In this document: in pieces, positions 38,920 through 51,441 of the stretch
Position numbering within the stretch: the first letter of the stretch is position 1
Layout of the letters: every line of letters begins with the position of its first letter
Source: Trichosphaerium sp. ATCC 40318
Lineage: Eukaryota > Protista > Tubulinea
Reading direction: 5' to 3'
Length of the DNA: 64,000 nt
NCBI GenBank assembly: GCA_038496445.1
Contig: JALMLS010000268.1
Coordinates: forward strand, 372,001-436,000
Made by a program: the position numbers and the translations under genes
Notes under the pieces: model-generated
What the model was told of the DNA's origin: nothing
Databases searched by the model: none
What the model saw: only the letters and a program-made list of their open reading frames with translations

Positions 38920-41900
38920 TTATGCAACGGAACGTTGAGTAAGGATTCTCTTGACAAAAACTTCAAATCCCTTTAAATCTTTTGCTCTATTTGAAGAAAA
39001 AAATGTTAAGTTCTAGCAAACTATTATTCATTGTACCTCAATGGCATTGTTTGGAGAATATTGTATATACTATTGTGAGTCTTTGTATAATTATCATACG
39101 TTATATCAACACCAACACGTCGAGACAAAGCGAGCAAATAAACCTTTTTTAAAAAAAATGAGAAAAAACAATCCAACAAAAAAAATAAATTTTGTTTTGG
39201 CTTAAAATTAGCTACCTCAATATGACCCACAAGCATCTTTGCTGATGATCTAGGCTTTTTTGCGTATAGCCTTGCGAAAACATCTTTCGATTGCTTCAAA
39301 CGAGCGACAGAGTTTTGGGTTTTGTTGATACTAGAAAAAAATATTAAGATTTTATTTCTTACTGTAAAGAAATTGCTTTAGGTTTTGTTGTTGCCGGCGC
39401 AACTATTCAATTTACCAGGAACAATATCGTAAAAAAATTATACTAAAATATCATATGGTTACCTGTGTACAATCAAAAGAGCTATGGCTATTCTCATAGC
39501 GACAACTGTTTGAAAACGCGTCGCTTTCATATAACTAAAAATTTGTGATTAGCAATTTAATCCTACTGCACGTGGACATACCTCTCCATATGTGTCAACG
39601 CCACCATGAGTTCGGTACCGTTAGGATCACCTCCACGAATGCCAGCTTCATAACTGGCAATACCAGCACAGTACCTTTAAAGCAAGTCAGTTGATTGTTT
39701 GACTGCTCAAAAATTTCTTGTGCTAATTGACGTACCACGTGAGTCTATGATTACTAGCTAATTCCCAAGACTTATCCAAAGCTTTTGATGCGTCTATCAA
39801 ATGTCTTACACCAACATTAGCCATAGTCTTTGGTCGTACACCCTTGTTTAAGCGAAAAAGTTAGTATTTTTCAACTAAAGAAAAAAAAGGCACCTCTTCC
39901 AACAGGGTCAGACCTATCGCTGATTGTATTGTGACTAGAGTCTTTACTGTAGGTACAATAGCTTCAATATCTCTAACAAAAAATTTAAATGATCCAGACG
40001 CTTTCAAACCAACACTCAAATCACGTGCAACATCTAAAAACATAAGTCTTCAATTTGAAAAAAACAATTATGGCGTCACCTCTTTTTAACTGCACGCCAA
40101 GTGCTTGTTGTAAGTAATAGACACCGTATTCCTTTTCTGCATTTGGGAAGGACTTCCATACTTTGAATTTTTTACCATTCTCTTTCCTAGTCAAGGCAAT
40201 ATCTCCTACAAAAAGAATGTTACACTGTGCTACTTGAAACCTTGTTTTATACCAAAATAAGATAATATTTCATTTTTTCCTTCCTTTTGCCAATAATCAA
40301 CTGCAGTACGATTGAAAGTGATGAGGTTCATATTCTCAACAATTACAGCCTAAAGCAAATGGTTATGAAACCTAAAACAAAATCTCCAACAGTTGCAGAG
40401 ATGTGTCTTTGAATAAATACCTTTGCCTTGGCTGGATCTGGTTTTTTCAGAACGATTTCCCTCAACTGCTTAGCAGCCCTTGATTTTATGACACGTAGCG
40501 CCATTAAAAATAAAAGCGTTGTTTGGACCTAACACGTGTCAGTCACGTGTCAATTGCAGTTATAAAGAATCTAATGCCAAAAAACAAAAAAAAAAAAACT
40601 TGCTTACGTTTTTGGATGATGTGTGGTGTTTGAGTAGACCCAAATGGCGTATATTTATGCCTTGTTGATGCATACGACCAAAAATACTCAATTTCTTAGA
40701 TAGTATATCCGTTTGTATTTCAATCCGTTGAGCATGCTCTAAAACATGGTCAACCGGTTTCTTTTTTTCTTTTTGCCTTTTTTTTCGCTTCAAAACTCAT
40801 ACGTGGTATTACTCTATCGTATAATCTTGATGTAATATCTAAAACTGCACGCTCGTGTTTCTCTCTATGATCATCCCACTTCTGAAATCTGAAGGAAACA
40901 TAAACAAAAAAGTCTCATTCTTCATAACATACCCGCTAAAACAATCTGAGCTCATTGGCTCACCATTCCATTGCAACAACTCTGGACGCAGAACTAATAT
41001 GCGTATAAATAGATCATGTCAAAATACCAGTTCTTGTACTAACCTCTAGAGAATATAACATGTGGATACCTTTTGATATACTTCACACTGGCCTCAGGCG
41101 GCATCAACCTTGCAATATCTGGAAGGTAAGTAACTTATTGTGGTAATTTTGACGAAAAGATACACCGTACTTGTAACATAGTAACGCTTATCTGTACCCT
41201 TGTATATAGCCAAGTCACCAGGACCAACAATCGATGTATCTTTGACTTTGTGTTTAAGCAATCGAAGCTCCTAAATGATAAAATAATAATTAATCTAAGC
41301 TATCAAACAACAAGCCATGATATTTGTCAAAGTACACGTGCCTTACCAAGTCTTATCATTAACCTTTCGGCTTTATGATCTTTATTTACAATAGTAAATC
41401 CTTGATTCGGACTACCATAACTACACATAGGTAAGTATAGTCACTGGATATTTAAAGCGTACACTACTGAACTCTGATCGATTGGCATTTTTGCTTTCTG
41501 TAAAAAACTCTTTAGCAACAACTGTAAACAATGTAACGCTTTACGTACAGCAATGACACGTAGTCCCATATAACTTACAAGACAAATAAGTGGACAACTC
41601 AGACCATCTATATTAGCAGTAACAACATAATTGTAAGCAACCAACTCGTTTGCCTAATAAAACTGTTGTAAGTTTTTGTCCTTTAAATATAGAGTATGTA
41701 CAGCTGCTTTCAGAGCGCGTTCCAAGTTTGGTTCAGGACCTCCGTGGATCCATGCACCATTATCAACACGTATATCATCGATAAAAGTACATGTGATATC
41801 ATCACAATCGAAATGAACATCATCATCGCTGTGCATTGGCATTTCCTTTCATAGAATAAATTTCGCATGTAATTTTTTATCTTTTTTTTGGTTTTTTCAA

Positions 41901-43070
41901 CTTTTATCACTTATTATTTTTGCCTAACCTTTGTTCCTCCTGCTTGATAATGCTCTATAATAATCGCTTTGGCATATAAAGTTGCTTTTTCTTTAAATTC
42001 CATCCATAAATCTGTGAGATATTGATTTCTTTCTGGTAAAATCTCGCTTTGTTCTACAGCGCATTGGTACCTTCCCACTCTATTAATGATTTATAAATAA
42101 CATACCAAATACCTATCATTAAGCGTCCCTGTACTATCAGGTACAACAAATGGCATAACAGCAGTCGAATCAGACATCTACAGCAACTCTAATCAACAAC
42201 AAAAGGCAACAAATCATCCAAATACCTTAGAGCGCCTTGAAGACTTTGATCTCAAACTCCCTGTGTCTCCTCTGTCTATATGTACACCGTACGGTCCCAA
42301 GTGTCTATAAACAAGAACACGTGAGCTTATAGAAAAAGATACAAAAAAACGTGATTTTGTACAACAAAGGCGCCGTAGCTGCGCTTTTTGATTCAACAGC
42401 CGCCTCAAGAGAGTCCTTCATAAAGACGCTAGGTAGCCGAGTTTCGAACAACGCTACATCAAGCTCTACCATCTTTTCCTTTATAAATGAATTAAAACAA
42501 CATGTATTAACAAAAATCCACGTGTTAAACAAAATACACGCTGTTTTGTCACGTGACGAGAAAAATAAAAAGCACAACAACCCAAAAAAAAAAAAAGAAC
42601 ATGAACGTCATCTTAAAATAACAAGGTTACCTTAGTATCACTAGTGTTTCCATTTGTCTAAAAAACTAGTCATTCTCACAGTCTTCACTACGTTTTTAAA
42701 AAAAACACTCCAAAATACGTACCACAAATACGAGGTCTCCAGTAAGAGCTTCATCTACACACGTGTCAATAAAAAATGAAGTAAAAAAGACGTGAAACTT
42801 ACCGATTGAGCTCTCCGGTGTTACAAACGCCTCGTCTGAATCTTCATCAGTCTTTATATCTTTGGGAACAGGTTCGCTCTCTTGTTCTTGTTTTTCTAGA
42901 CGGGCTTTCTTCCTAGCGGCACGTGCGGCTCTTCGAGCTCTCGGAGACTGTGGTTCAGGGCTAGAGAGGCCTTTCGCGTTACTTACAGTATGTGCCCGGT
43001 TTCTATGCTTTCCAGAGGATGATCCGCGTGCGCTTTTGGCCCTTTTTGGACCTGACGCATTATAAGCCAT
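38920..43070 (-). CDS. CLU (clustered mitochondria)-domain protein
   Basis: CPLICLVSYMGLRVIA, IVGPGDLAIYKGTDKRYYVTNIARLMPPEA, LRPELL and MHQQGINIRHLGLL. Confidence 0.85.
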
Positions 43071-43282
43071 TCCGTGACACTGTTGTAACTGGTTGTGAGA
43101 AGTGATAAAGCAAAATAAAAACAAACAACAGTCAAGTTCAGTCGTGATAATATTATCTTTTTTTATTTCAGTTCATCCTTACCCGAATGGTGGACTTTAT
43201 TGCAAAGAATACTCCTTGATATTCGGAGCATGCCTTGTCGGCTCATATGGAGCAAAAAACTAGATTGTCAACAAGAGTTGTT

Positions 43283-45123
43283 CTACGTGATGTTCAAGTG
43301 AATAATCGACCGAACTATATCTTCTGTCATAAAATCAACTATTATTATATTCATGTGGTCTTCCCACTCATTAGCGTGTATCGTCTTGAACAGAACCTGT
43401 ATACAGAACACAAATTAGTACTCTAAATCAACCAATATCATACTGCAAACAACAACAAAAACTGGCCTGGGTACCTTGTTTATCATCTTAGAGAAGCCTT
43501 TGATTGTACCTGATGAAAAAAGAAAAAACAGTCAGTGATCACCAGTGCACAACGTGCACAACTTTTTTGTACGAAAATGTGATAGCTCTAAACGTACCAG
43601 AAAATCCAGGTATTGTACCCTTTATCACTCTATTAACATCTGGTGTTAGAATCGCTTGTAGTACAAATAGTTGTTGATCTGAACGTTGTGTAACAAATGA
43701 TTTTAACTTCTCTACCAAGTCATGGACATTAGCGCTATTAGCCCAAGGTGAAATGATAGTATTCCTTGACCAACATTTACTCTGATAAGTCGACTGTGAA
43801 TCATCATCATGATAGATAGAAATGACTAAACACAAGTCAATACAGGGTCAACAAAAAAAAATGGAACAAAAAAAGATCTCAGGTTTACCTCTGTGTGGTG
43901 TTTTCCATAGTTCTGATAGAACTATCGTTGGTTTTATTGTCTTGGGCGCTAACAGATCTCCAAATGTGTTGCGCAGTATAGTAGTCAATGCCTTAAATTA
44001 ATGAGCATGTGATCTTTTGATCCATCAAAAAAAAAAGTGTATTTTGTACTTGATGGTTTTGACGTGACATCTGGAAGAAATGGTTAAAATCGAGGATGAT
44101 GACTTCCTTAGGATTTTCTCGTATAAGATCAACAATGGCAGTGAGTAATGGCATTACTTCAGAATCGTAAAATCCGTGACAAGTGTGGAACTTTAGTACA
44201 CTATCGCTATCCTTCATAATGTCAAAACATCAACAGATTGTCTCTTTGTTGGTACCTTAGGAGCAATACGAAGATCAAAATAACGAACACCTTTTTGAAG
44301 TTGTGTGACTAGATCCCATGATTGTGTTCTGGACCATTTAGAGGCGATAAGTTCTAACACATGAGTTAATTTTCATAAAAACTTGTATCTATTTATACTT
44401 ACTAGGGATGTAACCAAGCATACTCTTCTCAAGTCTACCTTCGAGTTCAGGATGAGTCTTATACATGTCAGGAGCGATATCTGATTTTACTGAAATCGTG
44501 GAAGTACCTGTATACAACACGTGTTACAAAGAGGTTGAAGTAAGAACACAACTCCAAAAGACTTTCTTCAAATATTGTGTGACAATGCTTAACAGAAAAC
44601 GTACCAGAGTCGTGACTACCAGGAATGTTCAAATAATTCAGTTGTTTGTTACCAATTTTATCGCTGTAATGTGTCATCCAACCGACAAGAGCCACTGGCG
44701 GTTTCTTTTTTTTGTTGCTTTTCTTTGATTTCGGGCTTTTCTTTTCTGGGTTGACAGCCGGTACGATTTCCTCAATTGGTGCCTTTGAAGCAGCAACAGG
44801 CTCAGTTTTCTCTTTTTTGGCTTTTTTTTCTTTCTTCTTTTTGACAACGTGGAAGTCATTTACTTGTAACGAAGCTGCTACAGCTTTTTCTGGTACGCCT
44901 AGAACCCAAGTTAGCACCTGTGATAAGGCAAGTGTTGCTTGTGACGATTTAGTGACGAATACTAACCAGTAGTAGTTCTGGCTTGCTTCACACGCGGAGC
45001 AGTTAAATATAAAGCTGTATATTGCGTTATGGAGCTTATGCGCCTAGACACACGAAGAACGCTACGTAAGTCCTTTACATCGATTTTCTCTAACACTAGA
45101 GCCCATAGAGAGTCCGACAACAT
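43283..45123 (-). CDS. F-box-like + PI-PLC X-domain (PLCXD-like) protein; may extend to about 43197 via a last intron
   Basis: N-terminus LSDSLWALVLEKIDVKDLRSVLRVSRRI, Lys-rich linker, then IPGSHDSGT, TQSWDLVTQLQKGVRYFDLRI, HGFY, NPKEVIILDFNH and NIIIVDF. Confidence 0.85.
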
Positions 45124-45322
45124 TTGTACAGATTTATTGTAAAACGTAGTATCTGCTAATTAGTAGTTAATATAACAAGTTTTCGACCGGGTAATCATTG
45201 CAGTACCGTTTAGCTTGTATTCCGCGTGTTGTGAAAATCAAAAAAGTTGCGCTATTTTCTTCCTTGCTTCCCGCCGATAAGTCACTTGGACAAAACATCT
45301 TTTTACGCCTGTTCCCTATTGT

Positions 45323-47466
45323 ATGCACCCTTGCCCTGTTGTACAAACGAGATTCTGTTGCAACAGTTCGTCACGTGTATTGAAATAATACCTGCAGAAC
45401 TATCACCATCTTAAATGTGGGTTTTGGGCGTGTGATGACCTTTTGAACGATGATGCTAAGGCACAAAACGTAATAAGTTTCGAGAACAAACAGCCTACGT
45501 TATACGATACATGGCGCGAGTACGGTTGCGTTGTTGCTAGTTTTGAGTAATCATAGATTAGTCTCCACTACAATACAGCCGATTAAGGTTGTGGGACGTT
45601 AGTACAACCGTGGTTCCCCGAGAGATATCTGCTAGGCTTAATCGCAGCAAATTTGAAGCGTTGGCGGCACGAAAGAGCATTTACGTTTTAGATGACTTTT
45701 ATAACGAAAAGCGCATCGCTGGGGAGCCATTTCTAAGGTGTGTCATTAAAAATTCTGTTACAAATTGACACTTTTCAGCAATACTACTAATGGAGCGTCC
45801 ACCCAGATAATGAACGCATTTCCAGAGCATAATTGGCACTTTTGGAAATTTGAGTGCGTAAATACGGATAGAATCAGCTATCGAGCATCTCTGAGCGTAG
45901 CGAGACCATATTAAAACCATCTCAACACGCTCAACGGTTTTTTTGTTTTTTCACATTTAACGACTCCTAAAACTTGCCTAGCACGAGCCCATACGCTCAA
46001 TGGAATATCAAGGAGAATGTGCAATTATTTTTTGAGGTTCTAGCCGAGCAATATAACTTGAAAGTACTGGATGATTTGTACCAAGTATGCTTCATTTTCT
46101 TTCCATCTCTTTGACACTTTGATTCACGTTTACTACTAAGGTGACTGTAGCGATGATCAAGGACAATGGTGGGAGCCCTATGCTTGAAGGTTATCATAGA
46201 GGATCACCAGCGCTTGCTATTTCGACGACGTTCCCCGAATACTCATGGAACATGAGGAGTTTCAGGTTAAGATTGTCCACGACCATTTAACTAGTTGTTT
46301 AACTTGAGATATATAGGATAAAGAAGGGATACTGGGATCAAGTTCATAACCAAAGAGAGTTATTTGATGAGATAGGTAGACGTGCTGGGGTTAAGAAACC
46401 GTCAGATTGGTACCACGTTAGTATTGGAACTATTACAAAGCACGGTGGACATCCTATTTTGAATAAAAGGTGAGTTACAAGATCATCATTTTGTGCTAAC
46501 AATACCTAGATATGGTGGTTCTGTACTTCGTGCACTAGAATCTATGTATCCTGACTATGAGTGGATACCTTGGAAGTTCAAGTACGAGTTTTTGCAAAAA
46601 CCTTTACTGAGAAATAAACTGATCGTTTTCGTAGAAACTCACGACACTACTGGACAAAACTCCCACATCAATGTGAATATTTCGAATATGTTGGTGAGAA
46701 GTTGCGTGCCATGTGCTTTGATGATTGGTATGCTATCTCTGGACCATCCGTCAAGGCATATGGTGGTAATACTCTCATTGATTCTTTGTACGCTTCAGTT
46801 CAAAAACCTGTTAATCACGTGTCACTTACAGTAAGGTCAAAGGTATAATGGTTCTCCTTCCCAAGCCCTAATGAGAATATACCCTAATTACAACTGGGAT
46901 ATTACCAAATACAAGTACGTCTAGTGGTTTACCTTGCCTACTTCGGGTTTTTTTCGATACTGTTTTTCTTGTACCCATTTTTTTTGGTTTAGTTTAGCTC
47001 CGAGAAACTTTTGGAATTCTCTTAACAATGTCGCTAAAGCAATAATGAAAGTAGAAGAAGATAACGAGATTGTGAAGGTAGAGCAATGGTACGTCGACCT
47101 TTCTTGGATAACCGTTACAAAAAAGATTTCTTTCGCGAAGTTTTGCGAGCGAAGATTTCAGTTGCAACTTTTTTACTTTACGAAAGCTTTTTCTTATGGA
47201 GTCAAAAACTAATTTTTTAAAGGTATCGTGTCACTTGTAAAAATCTACAAGATGCTTCTGTACAAGGTCTTATCAAGAAATTTCCAAAAGTATTAGCTTT
47301 AGTGTATCCTGAAGTGAACTGGGATTGGGCACTATTCGCAAAGCGAGATAAACGAGGAACACAAACGTATTACATGTATTTCCTTACTTTCTTTTTTTGA
47401 CATTTTTCATTCAGGTCTCTTCAATCCTGCACACGTCAATTATTAGCTAATAAGCACGCTACATAA
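45323..47466 (+). CDS. Protein of about five ~70-aa W/F-rich repeats
   Basis: For example KGYWDQVHNQRELFDEIGRRAGVKKPSDWYHVSIGTITKHGGHPILNKRYGGSVLRALESMYPDYEWIPWKF, with similar units before and after. Confidence 0.8.
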
Positions 47467-47992
47467 CGAAATACACTTACAGAAAAGATAATAGAAGAGT
47501 AATTCCAGAAGAGATGCAGCAATCCAACGCACCAAAAAAAGCGAAAAACGCAAGCCATCCATGCACATAAGGCAGTTTGGTGCCACCAGATCCAGGACAA
47601 GATGCCTGAGGTAAAGAGCACAACGTGAAGTTACAAATCCAAGAAACTACAACTAGTATCCACGCCAGTACTTGCAAGAAAAAAACAAGCGAACAATGTT
47701 TCCAAAAAAAGATAATTTATTATAGATGGATTAATGTCAACCGCCGAATAATTAATTCTCATTTTTTTTCTCCCACGCGACAGTAGTAGGTTGTGGGCAA
47801 AAAAAAGTCATCCAAAAAAAAAAAGAGAAACTACGTTTGGTTTTTGTGTTGTTCAGTGCTCGTCTTTGTCGATCTCGTTATAAGGGACGCGAAGCGTGCC
47901 AATCCAGAACACCTCTTGCTAAAGCTTTTATGGTTTTTAACCGCGTGGCTTTACCGTGTGTCTATTTTTTTTTGAAAGGCTTGTTTTTGCCT

Positions 47993-48620
47993 CTAAGACT
48001 GCACAAGGAGTGGGTAGTTGGTGTATTGGACTGGTTGGTAGTATGGGTAGTTGTAATTCACACCGGAGTTGTAGTTGTATCGCATTGGAGAGCTAGGAGC
48101 GCTTAAAATACGTTGTGTGCGTTGTGGAAGCGTTCTAGGAGGTATAAGACAATTGTGGAAAGTTGGTACAAGCTGAAATAAAAATTTGTTTGGAGCGTAC
48201 CTAGGTATTGCTCTTTGCGGCTGTGTGTCCGTCAATGGTAGGCGAGTAGTTTTGGTATGTTTTACCGGTGTACTAACTTGGCTCGCGAACGATGGAGCTG
48301 GAAGTCTTGAAGCGTCGGGGGAAATCTCAAAGGGACCAGCTAGAGTTTCATGAGCATTTGTAGTGCGTTTTGGTGGAGTTGGCAAGTTTTCTGTGTTTTC
48401 GCCACGTATTCGATCAATTTTATCAGAAAGGGGTATTACGAACCTGCCCAGCGTGATGGCTGCTTTGGAGCTGTAGTTTGATATTTCGTTTTGGAGTTAG
48501 ACCCTTTGCTTCTTCGTCTTGGCTTTTTACGTCTGCTGTTTGATCGTGGCTATGTTTTAATAAGTATTGTACAGAATTATTGTTGGGTTTTTATTCGCGT
48601 ACTTTTTGCTTAGCGCTCAT
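47993..48620 (-). CDS. Small disordered protein with PNRC/Edc1-type decapping-activator motif
   Basis: MSAKQK|PRSNSRRKKPRRR, then LAGPFEISPDASRLPAPSF, resembling [YF]AGxxFxxSPxPxxLPxPxF. Confidence 0.6.
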
Positions 48621-48779
48621 TTTCTTGTTCTATTGGTTCGTTTGAAGTATTTGGTTTATGTGTTGCTCTCTTCATGAACTGGAATTTCTGTAAATTCGTT
48701 CAGTTCGCTTGCGCCAACGCAGCTTAACTATATTCAACGAACGTAATATAAACCAGTTTATTATGACATAATCAAGTAC

Positions 48780-50330
48780 GTTAGTACTCCATCTAAGGTT
48801 TCAGGGTAAATCTAGATGATACATTTTTAGGTAAGTTCACATCAAGTTTTTGTTAACTGAACACGCTTCTCCACGTCTTTTCGCAACATGCACCCAACCA
48901 AGTTTTCATACCGTGGTATTGGTTAATATTATTTGCCACAAAGAGTTTGGCGTTATGTGTATTTAGATGAATTTGTGTATTGTTTCCCACGTAATCATCC
49001 AACGCAAGTGCCGTGAATTTCGTAACAGATAACCAGCAACCATAGGATTTTAGCTTAGATTTTAGGTGTACCACAAAATATGTGACAATGTTGGATCTCA
49101 ACAGGCTTAACATGAAAAGAAAAAAGGATATTTATTTGAATAGAAGGCTTTCTATCATAACTGGTGTTATGAGACAGCACCAGTGAGTGAAAGCTTACTT
49201 TATGATAATCTTGCTGGTAAGGTTCAATACCTAGTGGTGGAAAGAAACAGTCCTAATTTCAGTCTGTGTTGTTGTGGGAAGTTGAAACGACTTCAATTTT
49301 TTTGACTTTAGTCGTTTTGAAAAAATTACGCAATGTCAACTAGTAGCAAGTATTATTTTGGCACTCGTTTTTATAGTACACATGATAAATTGACTGAATA
49401 CTTTACACATTTGAGAAGGGTGCAACAACATCTTTGTTGTTGCAAAGGATTTTCTAACAAAAATTTTTTTTTGTTTTTTTTTTTGTTTTTTTTTTTTTTT
49501 ACATTCTTGGGCTTCCGCCTTCGAATGCCATTTTTGCTAGATCTATGTCATAGCTGGATATCATTATGATATTTTCTACGCCTGTAGGTGGGTAGTAGAG
49601 GTCTTCTACCTGTGGGTCCCAAGTCAGAGCGTATGTGTAGTCTGGGTTGGTATTAACCAAGATGCTTTTAGGGACTGTGACCGTGACATTAATCACTAAT
49701 GGTCTGCCCAGGAGAGAATTGTATTTTTTACGAGCGTACTTTCGCACTGCTCGGAGTAGTCTTGACATGTCAAGCAGAAGTATAGATATTAGTTGTAGTA
49801 TTCGTATGCTTCCACTAGATAAAAAATCGAATTTGCTTTTAACAAAGTAATTTCTTGTTGCAAAAAAGTTGTGGTTTTACACGGTTTTTGAGAAAACCGG
49901 TCCAGTGTGTTGTACACGGTTATCGAAGCATATCGAGTCCAATTGGTAGTAGATATACGGATTTCGATGTTGGGTTTTAAGATATGGAGTTATGAAGTAA
50001 ATCGGGAGTGTCTTTTTTGAGAAACAAATGTGAAAAAAAGTGAAATTCGAAAAAGACTTAAATGCAACTTACAGCGGTTTCTGCTGTTCCGTGTGATGTC
50101 TTATGCGCGTATTTCAAGACTGGTCTATGTTTACAACGGATATTAAGCCAATGCAAAATAGGAAGAAGCCGAAGAACTCAGAATTTGCGTAAATAACCTG
50201 TATTAACTTGTGGCTTGTTATTAATATAAAGTAAGACGTTTCCGTGTGTTCTGATCCAAAAAAGGTTGATCTTTCTGTTTTAGCCTCCCTCAAGCGCTTG
50301 TCACTCAAAACATGCCTCAATTTTATAACG
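48780..50330 (-). other. Possible multi-exon hypothetical gene or gene relic
   Basis: Coding-like ORFs (49499-49768, 48853-49113) with splice-like signals nearby, but I could not assemble a clean model. Confidence 0.25.
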
Positions 50331-51441
50331 TAAACGAATCATAGCGTTGGTGACGGTTTGAACCTGGTACCTGCCTTTTTGGTTTCAAAAAAAACGTGAT
50401 CGTACCGTTACCGATTTTCTGCTTACTTTTTGCTCTCAAACAAGCCTGTATGTAATATGAGGGACAGTCGTATAACTGTGATGCCACTGTAACATTTTTG
50501 GCGCTCTTTCAGTTCAAAATAGCGTTAGCCTTTCTTTTTGTAGACGCTAATGCATTAGCAAGAGCTATAACGTGTATCTCGTAGATTCATGATACTTTTC
50601 AGCTCTTTTGAGCTGGTTTTGCACCAACAACAGCGATCACAATTAAAAACTCGTAAGCATGGCCCACCAGCGTGCTGCGACCCACAGAATATACAAGCGC
50701 TTTCCGTGATCTACATATTGACTGCTTTACGCCTTTGGCAACCATTTGCATACTGCGTAGGACTAATGACCCTCAATAGACTTGTTTGCTCAATAGATAC
50801 AATGCGAATGTTGAAAGGCCTTAAGACATGGTTCAGATAAAGTCACGCCTTTGCTATCAAATTCAGCTTGTGGTAGTTAGATACCTTCTTTTGTAGTTGA
50901 TATCAGTAAGACACTTAACTACAGATTTATAAACGGACTGTAGAACTCTTCATACGTAGCCCAATTAGGAAAGTCATATTAAAAAGCTACATTAAAACGC
51001 ATCACACATTATTACAACATGACCACCTCTAAAGCCACTGTATTGTTATGTTTTCTAGTCATGTCGCTACAACCTTCAACAATGATAATTACGTGAAATA
51101 TATTGAGTTAAAATCACTTTTTAAAGGAGGGATTGATCACCATTGTGTCTTAGTATATTTCCTGGAAAACAGCAGAACCCATGGTCACAACAACAAAAAT
51201 TAAGTATTTATCCACGTGCATCTTGTTTTAACACAATACAATTCAGGTATGTCCCTTTAATCCAAAACTAACTTCGTAACCAAATATTTAGGTAAGACTA
51301 TTGCAAGTGCATACCTTAGAATGATACCACACAATGATGGATTTACTGCAATCCAATCCAAAACTAGAGACAGTTTAGATCTTGTTTTTTTTGAATGGTT
51401 TATTGCGAATTTAGGCAGTACTTTAGTTTACCTAACATTAT

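Noticed and set aside
47436-47677. Hydrophobic minus-strand ORFs
   Set aside because: They sit between converging 3' ends, start at non-ATG codons and show no recognisable motif.
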